Assembly (NCBI GenBank): GCA_964610305.1
Contig: CAZSVL010000001.1
Span: 6,083-70,082 of the forward strand
DNA length: 64,000 bases
Direction: 5' to 3'
Source: an uncultured Gammaproteobacteria bacterium
GTDB lineage: Bacteria > Patescibacteriota > Patescibacteriia > Magasanikbacterales > JBBTXJ01
Shown: piece after piece, positions 17,504 to 25,794 of the stretch
Layout: each line of letters starts with the position of its first letter
Numbering within the stretch: position 1 is the stretch's first letter
The notes under the pieces: generated by a model
What the model was told of the DNA's origin: nothing
Database searches by the model: none
What the model saw: only the letters and a program-made list of their open reading frames with translations
Program-made: the position numbers and the translations under genes

Positions 17504-18820
17504 TCATTTAAGAGGTCTCGCTAGAAGAGGAATTCCAATACGCTGCCTCAACGTTTCTCCTTTAAAGAGGGTTTTTTTACGCAGGCCAGACTCATGGCGT
17601 TCGTGCGTGCCGTCTGGTCCTTTTTGCACTTTTTGTGCGGCGCCCATAAAGACGGTGTGTTTGCCGTATTTTTTGTCTAAATCATCCACGGCGTCAAAAA
17701 TCCTATCTAATTTATGGGTGCGATTAGTGTCAGAGAATAAATCTAGCTGCACCGTTTTCTCATCTTTTAGTTTGTGAAGAGCTACGCTGGTGGATCTATA
17801 AAAGGTGTCTTTTTTAAAGAGTTTGTCATACGCTGCTCGTGCAGCGGCTATAACATCTACGGGGTTATTGCTGGCATGGGCCAATGTAACAGATGCGCCG
17901 CGTCTACTAAAGTTTTTTTTGTGGAGCGCAAAGGTAACCTTTGGGCATACTAAATTCATGCGCCTGGCTTTTATACACGCGTTTTCTATATTTCTACATA
18001 GATGCGCAAAGACCAGCTCTTTATCTGAGCTGCTAGGAGAGAAGGTTTTTTTCTTACGAATAGATTGGCGTGGCTTGGGTGGCGCATCGGTAACGGAGTA
18101 TATCAGCCGTCCGTTAAGCTCATGCCAAATTTCCTGGTGAGGTTTAGTAAGATAGCGCATGACCCAGTCTTCATCCTTTTTTGCGAGAGTTAGTGCGTCG
18201 CGAATGCCCATAATACGCAGATATTCATGTGTACGCGGACCAATGCCCCATATATCTTTTGGATGTGTGTCTTTAAGGAATTCATGAATTTTGCGGCCGG
18301 GAATTTGCGTGATGCCAAAAGGTTTTTTCCACTTGCTGGCCACTTTTGAAAGTACTTTTGTGGGAGCCAAACCTAAGGAAAACGTCATGCCCAGCTCTTT
18401 GTAAAGTGTATCCTGCAGCGTTTTAAGAATTTTAGGAAAGCTCATGCGTAGTGGTCTGCGCATGCCGGTGAGGTCCGCAAAGCATTCATCTATGCTGTAT
18501 TCTTCAACGGTGTGTGTGTACCGGCGGACAATATCAAAAAAACGCTGAGAAAAGAGGCTGTAACTTTCATAATCTGAAGGAACAAAAATAACATCGGGGC
18601 AGAGCTTTTTAATAGTGTGATATGGCATGGCGCGCGTAACGCCCGCGGCTTTTGCCTCATAAGAAATAGAGGCTGCAATACCGCGTTCTTTTCCGGTAAT
18701 AACGGGCTTACCCTTCCACGCAGGATTAAGCGCTTGCTCGCAAGAAGCAAAAAAAGCATCGCCATCTATATGCAAAATGGCGCGTGGATAAGAGCTAAGC
18801 ATGAGTGGTTGGGTAGGCAT
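17504..18820 (-). CDS. dinB: Y-family DNA polymerase IV (DinB)
   Basis: ILHIDGDAFFASCEQALNP catalytic N-terminus, SIDECFADLTG, little-finger region; start taken at the MPTQPL ATG. Confidence 0.85.
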   Translation of the reverse strand: MPTQPLMLSSYPRAILHIDGDAFFASCEQALNPAWKGKPVITGKERGIAASISYEAKAAGVTRAMPYHTIKKLCPDVIFVPSDYESYSLFSQRFFDIVRRYTHTVEEYSIDECFADLTGMRRPLRMSFPKILKTLQDTLYKELGMTFSLGLAPTKVLSKVASKWKKPFGITQIPGRKIHEFLKDTHPKDIWGIGPRTHEYLRIMGIRDALTLAKKDEDWVMRYLTKPHQEIWHELNGRLIYSVTDAPPKPRQSIRKKKTFSPSSSDKELVFAHLCRNIENACIKARRMNLVCPKVTFALHKKNFSRRGASVTLAHASNNPVDVIAAARAAYDKLFKKDTFYRSTSVALHKLKDEKTVQLDLFSDTNRTHKLDRIFDAVDDLDKKYGKHTVFMGAAQKVQKGPDGTHERHESGLRKKTLFKGETLRQRIGIPLLARPLK

Positions 18821-18915
18821 GTTTTCCACTTGACAGATGGTCGAAGGTGAAGTATATTGGATACACAAATGGCTTCGGCCTCCGAGACCTCGCACACCCG
18901 TGCGAGGATCGTTTT

Positions 18916-19314
18916 TTATATAAAACTTTTAATTTTTTTCTTTATTTCTTCGAATTCATCTTTTGGTAGCGTACGGATTTTTCTTAATAAACGTTTGGTG
19001 CTGATTAGTTTTAATTGCGAGAGGATAAGTGTGTAAGTCTTATTTTTGTATATCGTTTCATGATAATATTTTCCTTGTTTAATTTTAGTACTTAACGGGA
19101 TTACCCATAAAAGATGCGGATTAAAACCTTTTAGAACAAGGGCAGGTCTTTGAAATGAGGCACCTTTTCCGTCCTGCTCGTGGCCCAAGTTTACTCCAAA
19201 ACTACACCACCAAATTTCTCGTTTTTGATAGAAGATAGTAGATCCTTTAATTTTTTGTTGCAGTCGTATTTTTAGCTTTGTCCATTGAACTATCTCATTT
19301 ATTTTTTTACTCAT
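18916..19314 (-). CDS. PemK/MazF-family endoribonuclease toxin-like protein (132 aa) with no adjacent antitoxin
   Basis: REIWWCSFGVNLGHEQDGK...RPALVL, then IPLSTK and a C-terminal helix, parallel the PemK/MazF motifs (GEIWLVSLDPTAGHEQQGTRPVLIV...P.T...); lies between lexA and dinB. Confidence 0.6.
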   Translation of the reverse strand: MSKKINEIVQWTKLKIRLQQKIKGSTIFYQKREIWWCSFGVNLGHEQDGKGASFQRPALVLKGFNPHLLWVIPLSTKIKQGKYYHETIYKNKTYTLILSQLKLISTKRLLRKIRTLPKDEFEEIKKKIKSFI

Positions 19315-19319
19315 ACCAG

Positions 19320-19880
19320 CTAGTACTTCCGCACCACACCAATAACCACCGCTGCAATATTAAGCTCTTCTTCTGGAATTATATTTTCAAATGATTTATT
19401 TTCTGCTTGCAGATACACTTTTTTTCCAGACTTGCGTAGGCGTTTAAGGGTCCATGCGTGGTCCACCTCTGCAATAACAATGTCTCCGTCTGTGGCGCTG
19501 CGCCCGCGCTCTGCCAGCACCATATCTCCTGGCATAATGCCCGCCTCAGACATACTCATGCCCGATACTTTAAGCATAAACGTACTCTCTGGACGCTCCA
19601 GTAGCCATTGATCCAAGCTAAGGGTGTCCACGAGCTCTTCTTCTGCGGCAGAGGGAAATCCTGCTTCTATGGATCCTAAAACCGCCAGCTCTCCCAATCG
19701 ATGGGGGAGCAGCTTGCCTTGCGTGTCCTTTTTTAAAAACCCTTCATCTAAAAGTTTGCGTACCACCTTATAAGCCGCGTTTTTAGATTTAAACCCAAGC
19801 AGCTGCGCAATTTCACCGTAGCTGGGCATGCGTCTGTTTTTTTTATAAAACGAATGAATTTTATGAAGATGTTTTGGCAT
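19320..19880 (-). CDS. lexA: LexA repressor (S24 peptidase)
   Basis: N-terminal winged HTH (SYGEIAQLLGFKSKNAAYKVVRKL), AV^LG cleavage region, Ser (VSGMSMSEAG) and Lys (WTLKRL) catalytic dyad. Confidence 0.9.
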   Translation of the reverse strand: MPKHLHKIHSFYKKNRRMPSYGEIAQLLGFKSKNAAYKVVRKLLDEGFLKKDTQGKLLPHRLGELAVLGSIEAGFPSAAEEELVDTLSLDQWLLERPESTFMLKVSGMSMSEAGIMPGDMVLAERGRSATDGDIVIAEVDHAWTLKRLRKSGKKVYLQAENKSFENIIPEEELNIAAVVIGVVRKY

Positions 19881-19970
19881 AAAAAAGTCCGTGCTAAGTT
19901 TACGCAGGAGCGGGGTGGCCCTTTGGCGCCTGCGTAAATTCAGAAAGGAGTTGAAAAAGGAGCTAAAAAT

Positions 19971-19999
19971 AGTATAGTAAACGATCGTTCACCATGCAA
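19971..19999 (-). promoter_or_regulatory. putative lexA promoter (-35 TTGCAT, 17-nt spacer, -10 TATACT) with a Cheo-box-like palindrome in the spacer
   Basis: Minus strand reads TTGCAT GGTGAACGATCGTTTAC TATACT; TGAACGATCGTTTA matches 7/8 of GAAC-N4-GTTC; the leader holds a 10-bp inverted repeat TTTACGCAGG...CCTGCGTAAA (19898-19938). Confidence 0.35.
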
Positions 20000-20019
20000 G
20001 TGGATAACTCCCCAAGGTA

Positions 20020-20048
20020 TTGACAAAAAAGCGTATATATGCTATACT
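20020..20048 (+). promoter_or_regulatory. cspA promoter TTGACA-N17-TATACT, followed by a roughly 135-nt 5' UTR
   Basis: TTGACA at 20020-25, TATACT at 20043-48; the long leader is typical of cold-shock mRNAs. Confidence 0.45.
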
Positions 20049-20188
20049 CTGCGCAAGCAAAAAGTGATGCCTTTTGGATAGAAATGTAGTCAGTTTCGTC
20101 CCGGTAGTCGTTTTTGCCGGATTTACTCATTTCCGTTTTGAGCAGAGGGTAGGAAACTGCCGTTTGGTCAAAGCGCCATTATCAAAAT

Positions 20189-20389
20189 ATGGCACAAGGA
20201 ACCATTAAGAAGCTTACCGACAAAGGCTTTGGTTTTATCACCCAAGAGGGTCAGGACCAGGATCTTTTCTTCCACCACAGTGGACTTCAGGGTATTACCT
20301 TTGAAGAGCTTCGTGAAGGTGACGCAGTAACCTTTGAAGTCGAAGAGGCTGAAAAGGGACCTCGCGCAGTAAACGTTGCGCGCGCGTAA
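20189..20389 (+). CDS. cspA: cold-shock protein (CspA family)
   Basis: GTIKKLTDKGFGFITQEGQDQDLFFHHSGL... (RNP1 KGFGFI, RNP2 FFHHS); 66 aa. Confidence 0.9.
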   Translation: MAQGTIKKLTDKGFGFITQEGQDQDLFFHHSGLQGITFEELREGDAVTFEVEEAEKGPRAVNVARA

Positions 20390-20400
20390 CACTTTTTCAA

Positions 20401-20423
20401 AAACCGGCTTAGGCCGGTTTTTG
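20401..20423 (+). terminator. rho-independent terminator after cspA
   Basis: AAACCGGC-TTA-GCCGGTTT plus T-run. Confidence 0.6.
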
Positions 20424-20429
20424 GTTTAT

Positions 20430-20453
20430 AAAAAAAGCGGCTGGTAGGCCGCT
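20430..20453 (-). terminator. terminator for the convergent minus-strand gene
   Basis: AGCGGC-TGGTAG-GCCGCT hairpin with an A-run on the plus strand (T-run on minus). Confidence 0.5.
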
Positions 20454-20458
20454 GAGAG

Positions 20459-21160
20459 TTACGCACGCACAATCAGATGCTGCTTGCGCTTTCCAAAACC
20501 TGAGCTTTTGATTTTGAAAATCGCTTCTGTGCTGCACGCTGTATTTGGACACGCGTGAACATATCCTCTTTCTCCCAATCCAATAAAACTTAGCCACCCA
20601 ACAGCTTTGGTTCCTCTAAACTCAAGTTCATGTTGGGTTTGTGTCCTTCCGCCAAAAGGATCGGTGTTTATGCCACCGCAGTCAGGATTGCCGCAAAGAG
20701 GCTCAAGATTCATGATATCATCAAGCAGTGCAAGCATGACATGGTCACTGATTTTTGGCTCAGGACACTTGTGCCTTGGCTCTTCTGCCCACCTAGCAAA
20801 TCCTCTTTTGGGATCGCTTTCTGAATGGATGGGGACATAGATTTTGCCACCAACATAGACGCCGTCTTTGGGCAGGGGGCCTGCAGCACGGCATCTGATT
20901 TCATCAAACAGAATCCAGACGTGAACTCCCACAGACATTACAAGTGCAAGCCAAGCGTACATTTCAAAGTCGGGGCTCCACTGTCTTTCTTTGATAAGTA
21001 CCTGGCCTACATATTCCATACCAGAAAGCAGCGCAAATATTAAAGCAAACGCCAATACCGTACAAACGCCAATCATCTTGAGCAGGTATGTAAGCTCTCC
21101 CTCGTGGAGTTTTTTAATTGCGGTGACCAAAATGACCTCCTGTTGAATTAAATTAAGCAT
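20459..21160 (-). CDS. hypothetical membrane protein with two C-x4-C pairs (CGNPDC, CPNTAC)
   Basis: 233-aa ORF, two N-terminal TM helices, Cys-rich C-terminal region; family not recognised. Confidence 0.45.
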   Translation of the reverse strand: MLNLIQQEVILVTAIKKLHEGELTYLLKMIGVCTVLAFALIFALLSGMEYVGQVLIKERQWSPDFEMYAWLALVMSVGVHVWILFDEIRCRAAGPLPKDGVYVGGKIYVPIHSESDPKRGFARWAEEPRHKCPEPKISDHVMLALLDDIMNLEPLCGNPDCGGINTDPFGGRTQTQHELEFRGTKAVGWLSFIGLGERGYVHACPNTACSTEAIFKIKSSGFGKRKQHLIVRA

Positions 21161-21233
21161 AGCGAATTTTCAGTACATTGTCAAGGCTTGACAACATACT
21201 GTTGCTGTGTCACCCTATCTGCAGGAGGTTCGT

Positions 21234-22223
21234 ATGGAAAAAGTATATCCGGCTAAATTGAAGCAGGGAGATGTAGTAGCGGTGGTTGCGCCGTCTAGGT
21301 CCTTGTCTATTGTTTCATCTGAAAATAGGCATATTGCAAAGCGCAGGTTCGCAGAGGAACTGGGTTTGGGAGTGGAAATTAGCTCCCTTACGAGAGATTG
21401 CGATGATTTTTTGTCTACCCCGGTTGTAAAGCGTATCGCCAACTTGCATGGCGTTTTCAGAAATTCAAAGGTTGGTGCTATCTTTACCGCTATCGGCGGA
21501 TTTAGCTGTAATCAGCTACTAGATTATCTGGATTGGGATCTTATTGCCGCAAATCCAAAGGTGTTGTGCGGTTACTCAGACATTACGGCGCTTCAAAATG
21601 CCATTTTTGCTAGGACCGGTTTGGTGACGTATTCTGGACCGCACTTTTCTACGTTTGGCCAGGAGCATATGGACCCTTATACGGTTTCCGCCTTAAGAGC
21701 TTGTCTGTTTGAAGAAGAGCCCATTACGGTTCAGCCTTCCGATCACTGGAATGATGACCGATGGTGGGAGGACCAAGAAGGCAGAACCAGCAGACCAAAT
21801 GAGGGTTGGTGGGCTATGCAATACGGAAGAGCGCAGGGAACGCTTTTGGGCGGAAATCTGGGCACCTTTGCGCTGCTCTTTGGAACAAGATACATGCCAC
21901 CCCTGAAAGACAGCGTGCTTTTTTTAGAGGACGATGAGATTGAGACACCTGCAATGTTTGATAGATATCTGCAGGCGCTGATCCATCAGCCGGGTTTTGA
22001 TGGCGTGCAAGCATTGGTTATTGGACGATTCCAGATTGGAAGCAAAATGACCAGAGAGCTTTTGGCACAGATTATTGAGAGTAAGCCAGAGCTGCGCGGT
22101 TTGGCCGTCATTGCCAACGTAGATTTTGGCCATACCAATCCCATGATTACCTACCCCATTGGAGGAGAGGTATCTGTGTTTGCCTCCTCAACAGAAGCAA
22201 AGATTGAAATTCTAAGGCATTAG
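21234..22223 (+). CDS. LD-carboxypeptidase (peptidase S66, LdcA-like)
   Basis: VVAVVAPSRSLS, GYSDITALQNAI (nucleophile Ser), C-terminal His/Glu region; AGGAGG then the ATG at 21234. Confidence 0.8.
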   Translation: MEKVYPAKLKQGDVVAVVAPSRSLSIVSSENRHIAKRRFAEELGLGVEISSLTRDCDDFLSTPVVKRIANLHGVFRNSKVGAIFTAIGGFSCNQLLDYLDWDLIAANPKVLCGYSDITALQNAIFARTGLVTYSGPHFSTFGQEHMDPYTVSALRACLFEEEPITVQPSDHWNDDRWWEDQEGRTSRPNEGWWAMQYGRAQGTLLGGNLGTFALLFGTRYMPPLKDSVLFLEDDEIETPAMFDRYLQALIHQPGFDGVQALVIGRFQIGSKMTRELLAQIIESKPELRGLAVIANVDFGHTNPMITYPIGGEVSVFASSTEAKIEILRH

Positions 22224-22226
22224 AAC

Positions 22227-22251
22227 CAGCGTCCTTTTGGGCGCTTTTTTA
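22227..22251 (+). terminator. rho-independent terminator after the LD-carboxypeptidase gene
   Basis: AGCGTCC-TTTT-GGGCGCT hairpin plus T6. Confidence 0.55.
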
Positions 22252-22282
22252 ATAAAAAAACGACCCGATTGGATCGTATATG

Positions 22283-22951
22283 TTACGCTTGCGCTTTTGC
22301 GCCCAGCACGTCTTTTTCAAACTCTTTAATAGCAGCACGGAACTGTTCATCTGTTGCGTGCTCGCCTCTATTATGCTGTTCTTTAAACTTATCACTCATG
22401 AATCGGGAAAAAAATTCCACGTGCTGCTCTGTTTCCAGTTTTCTTGTAAAGAGTTCAACCATGTTTCCCTGGGCAGGGCTGCAAATATGAATTTTATGAG
22501 TCCTGTTGTCTTCCTGCAGCTGATTGAGTTCATTGTTAAAGATTCCCGCAAACATGGCACCTAAAATGGTATGCATAAACGCGGTAAGAAATGCAACAAA
22601 GATGGAGAAGAGAGGCTCGTTTTGCCCAATCTCTCTTGCACTCTTTGGCACATGCTTTTTGCTCATGAGCTGCGGCGTAAGCGCCAAAAAGACTGCAATG
22701 ATGGCCTCTGCCATGTGATCAAAGTATGGGCTTATTAGCTTGTACTCATCAAAATCAAAGGCGATAGGCGCGGATACGTCCCAGTTGCCATAATCACGAG
22801 CGCTACGCAGTGCGTAATACACATCTAGCTGAGAAACCTTTTTTTTGAAATGAGTAACATCAGCTTCATCCATCTGAAGCGGCCGCTCTATCTGCTCTGA
22901 AATGCTCTGATTCACACCCTCTACAAAATCTTTACCAGACCAGGTTATCAT
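22283..22951 (-). CDS. hypothetical protein (222 aa) with a central hydrophobic segment
   Basis: Long ORF with coding-like composition; no recognisable motif. Confidence 0.4.
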   Translation of the reverse strand: MITWSGKDFVEGVNQSISEQIERPLQMDEADVTHFKKKVSQLDVYYALRSARDYGNWDVSAPIAFDFDEYKLISPYFDHMAEAIIAVFLALTPQLMSKKHVPKSAREIGQNEPLFSIFVAFLTAFMHTILGAMFAGIFNNELNQLQEDNRTHKIHICSPAQGNMVELFTRKLETEQHVEFFSRFMSDKFKEQHNRGEHATDEQFRAAIKEFEKDVLGAKAQA

Positions 22952-23120
22952 GTCACCTCCTTTCTTTTGAGGGTAGCATAGGGGATTTTGGTGGGTTTGT
23001 CAAGGGTGACAGGATCTTGGTACGATAAAAAATGATCGAATGAAAAAGAGTAACACTATAAAAGGAAAATTATGGATGCACGGCGGCAAACACGCGCCGG
23101 GCTCATCCAGCACGCAGCAG

Positions 23121-23375
23121 ATGAAAGGCGCGTGGTATTTTTTTGCGTTGCCAAGGGGGGTGTCCGCACAGATTAAAAAAGCGTACGCGCCAGCAGCTCG
23201 CGGCTGGGGATCCATCCGTGTCACCGCCACTATCGGTAGCACCACATGGAAAACATCAATTTTTCCTGATAGCAAGTTGGGAGCTTACGTGCTGCCCGTG
23301 AAGGCGGCGGTTCGGAAGGCGGGGGGCGTGGGGGATGGGGATAGGATTAGTGTGAGATTGCTGATAGGTGTTTGA
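23121..23375 (+). CDS. DUF1905 (YdeI-like) domain protein
   Basis: MKGAWYFFALPRGVSAQI...GWGSIRVTATIGSTTWKTSIFP matches the DUF1905 beta-barrel pattern; start moved to the internal ATG at 23121. Confidence 0.55.
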   Translation: MKGAWYFFALPRGVSAQIKKAYAPAARGWGSIRVTATIGSTTWKTSIFPDSKLGAYVLPVKAAVRKAGGVGDGDRISVRLLIGV

Positions 23376-23419
23376 ATTAAAAAAGCGATCCGAGCGGATC
23401 GCTGATGTGCTTAAATAAT

Positions 23420-24712
23420 TTACAGCAGATGTACAACGGGAGCTGTCATGTGGGTCTTATTTATGTGGTGATTTTCAACGAAAGGCCACTGTGCAAGCTG
23501 CCATCGTGGTATGTCGGGATAGATTATTGAGCAAAAATCAATGCCTGTATCTACTCTATAAGGCAATCCACTCATTTGAAAGCTGTATTCGCCGCTAGAG
23601 GCGCGCCATGGATGTTGGGCCATCATCATGATAATTTCCAGGCCGGCCGCATTAGGGCCTATATCTTGCTTTAGGATGCCGCCAGGATTTGCGCACGTGT
23701 CAACAATTGCCCACTGCAGTCCCGGAATCCATGGAGTTTTATGATGGGGCTGCAGATTTTTTAGGTCAAAGTCGCTAATAAGCGAGAATGCCGGCGGTCC
23801 GGTTGCCGAAAAGCTCCATATTCCGGGTTTGGGAAGATGTGCCCAGCGAAAGTATGCCTGCATGGTTCGATGATACCCAGATACGCCATCTTTGTCTGGG
23901 AGTCGCGTGATGAGGATTACACTTTTGCTTGGATCAGAGACAGCCGGTGGTTTCTTCAGCGATTCAAACCAATGATTTGGTATATCCCATTCATCTATTT
24001 CGGCTCGGTGCCTGATCAGTTCCGGAAGATGCTCTGCAAGAGTATCTTTCATGGCCTCTGCATCCTGATTGCCGCGTAGATTTTTTTCATCTAGGCTGAT
24101 GCCAACCTTTACAACGCGCAGCGCCACGTCTTTTGTAGGATCGTCTAAGGTGTGCACGATACGATTTCGTAAAGAGCGCATAGATAGGTGAATGTCGCGA
24201 TTGGCGTAAATGACCATTACGGCTTGGAAACGCTCTGCGGCATCTTCGCTAGAAGCCTGTTGGCGTAAATGTCTCCAATTTAGTTTTACAGGAGCGCTTG
24301 TATGTTGCGTATTTTGTTGCCGCTCAATGTCCCAACTCTCTGAAGGAACAATAAATTTGGGATTGTCAAAATAGCTACAAAGGCAGTGGTAGATTTCTAC
24401 TGCCTGCCTGGCCTCCTGTTGCGTGGGCTCGTAGGCGTTATGAACCACGTGGGCGCGAAAGTCAATAACCCAAGATAAGGCGTTTTTTGCAGTTTCGCTC
24501 CATCCACCAGCAAGTGTAGTGTGACCCACATCTACAAATGACTTAAACACGCTCATTTTAGGATCGGTGATCCACGCAATTGGATCGTCAACGGTATCTG
24601 CGTACTGTCTGCATAACGCCTGTTCAAAGAGCACGCTGGCCTTTACTACGGCGCGATAGCGGTGTGCTGGGTTGTCACTCTGAGCATTAGCTAGCAGTTG
24701 CTGCCATGTCAT
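23420..24712 (-). CDS. predicted defence/abortive-infection-type protein with two HEPN-like Rx4H motifs (N-terminal DUF4145-like domain) and an unassigned C-terminal domain
   Basis: FRAHVVHN and LRNRIVHT (R-x4-H) inside helical domains; N-terminal 120 aa resemble DUF4145; about 430 aa from the MTWQQLL start. Confidence 0.45.
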   Translation of the reverse strand: MTWQQLLANAQSDNPAHRYRAVVKASVLFEQALCRQYADTVDDPIAWITDPKMSVFKSFVDVGHTTLAGGWSETAKNALSWVIDFRAHVVHNAYEPTQQEARQAVEIYHCLCSYFDNPKFIVPSESWDIERQQNTQHTSAPVKLNWRHLRQQASSEDAAERFQAVMVIYANRDIHLSMRSLRNRIVHTLDDPTKDVALRVVKVGISLDEKNLRGNQDAEAMKDTLAEHLPELIRHRAEIDEWDIPNHWFESLKKPPAVSDPSKSVILITRLPDKDGVSGYHRTMQAYFRWAHLPKPGIWSFSATGPPAFSLISDFDLKNLQPHHKTPWIPGLQWAIVDTCANPGGILKQDIGPNAAGLEIIMMMAQHPWRASSGEYSFQMSGLPYRVDTGIDFCSIIYPDIPRWQLAQWPFVENHHINKTHMTAPVVHLL

Positions 24713-24810
24713 TTTGCCTCCTTTTTGTCTGTGGTGAGTGTATGCGGTTTTTGGGGGGTTGTCAAGGGGTTTTTGTGGCTTGTCGGTTTCTTCGTGATAT
24801 AATATTCGGC

Positions 24811-25479
24811 ATGGAGGGTGCCCAAAAATACACAATAAAGCAGCTACCGCGTGTAGAAAGGCCGCGGGAGAAGTTGATTGCCTATGGGCCGGGGAAGCTT
24901 TCTAACTCTGAACTTTTGGCGATTTTGTTGCGGACGGGGAAGAGGGGGGAGAATGTTGTTGAGATGGCGCGGAAGATTTTGCAGCGGTTTGGTAGCGGCG
25001 GATTGCATAATGCGTCTTTTAAAGATTTGGTGCAATATGTCGGGCTCGGTCCGGCAAAGGCATGTGAGATTGTGGCGTGTTTTGAGCTTGGAAAACGTTT
25101 GCTCAAAGACAAAAAGACGGTTTTGATAATGTCCGCGCAAGACGTTTGGTAGCAGGTGGCGGATATTCGAGGCAACAAAAAAGAGCATTTTGTAGTTTTT
25201 TATCTGGATACGCGGAATCAGCAGATTAAAAGGGAGATAATTTCAGTCGGAACGTTAAACGCCAGCCTGGTACACCCACGTGAAGTATTCGAACCGGCAA
25301 TCCGTTACAACGCCGCACACGTTATCGTCGCGCACAATCATCCGTCAGGAGATCCGGAGCCGTCACAAGAAGATTTCACTTTAACTCGGCGGCTTGTGGA
25401 TGCGGGGAAAATTCTAGGAATTGCACTGTTGGATCACGTGATTATGACAAAAGAATTTTATTTTAGCATAAAATTATAA
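24811..25479 (+). pseudogene. radC: radC (RadC/UPF0758 JAB-domain protein) interrupted by one in-frame TAG (25150-25152)
   Basis: N-half LSNSELLAILLRTGKRGENVVEMARKIL (HhH) and C-half HFVVFYLDTRNQ...HPREVF...AHNHPSGDPEPS (JAMM motif) are in the same frame, separated only by TGG-TAG-CAG. Confidence 0.6.
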
Positions 25480-25481
25480 TT

Positions 25482-25510
25482 TTGTTACCTATTGACATGA
25501 TAGGTAACAA
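25482..25510 (+). promoter_or_regulatory. 11-bp perfect inverted repeat TTGTTACCTAT-N7-ATAGGTAACAA overlapping a TTGACA -35 box; putative antitoxin operator/promoter
   Basis: TTGACA 25492-97, 17-nt spacer, TATACT about 25515-20, then ATG 25530. Confidence 0.5.
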
Positions 25511-25529
25511 AATATATACTTACTACATT

Positions 25530-25793
25530 ATGAAACAGACAGATAAGCCGTATCTTTCAACCGCGGAGCTCGCAGATTTGCTTGGCATAAGTAGGGTAGA
25601 GGTTTTTCGAAAAATTAAAAAAGGTCTTATTCCCGCTGAAAAAAAAGGTAGGAATTTTTTGATTCTTAAAAAAGATATTGAAAATTTGTTGAGTGGTACA
25701 TTGACCGCTGGTAAAAAGCGTCAAATCGATATTGCGGTTGATAAGACTTTAGCGGAATATGGAGAGACTCTAAAGCTACTTGGGCAAGAATAG
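25530..25793 (+). CDS. HTH (excisionase/MerR-like HTH_17) DNA-binding protein; putative antitoxin
   Basis: LSTAELADLLGISRVEVFRKIKKGLIPAEKKGRNFLI helix-turn-helix; 1-nt gap to the Doc gene. Confidence 0.55.
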   Translation: MKQTDKPYLSTAELADLLGISRVEVFRKIKKGLIPAEKKGRNFLILKKDIENLLSGTLTAGKKRQIDIAVDKTLAEYGETLKLLGQE

Positions 25794-25794
25794 C

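Noticed and set aside
19951-19978. Plus-strand TTGAAA-N16-TATAGT as a second, SOS-regulated cspA promoter or sRNA promoter
   Set aside because: It is ambiguous, because it interleaves with the better-placed minus-strand lexA promoter. It cannot be resolved without transcription-start data, so I noted it only inside the lexA finding.
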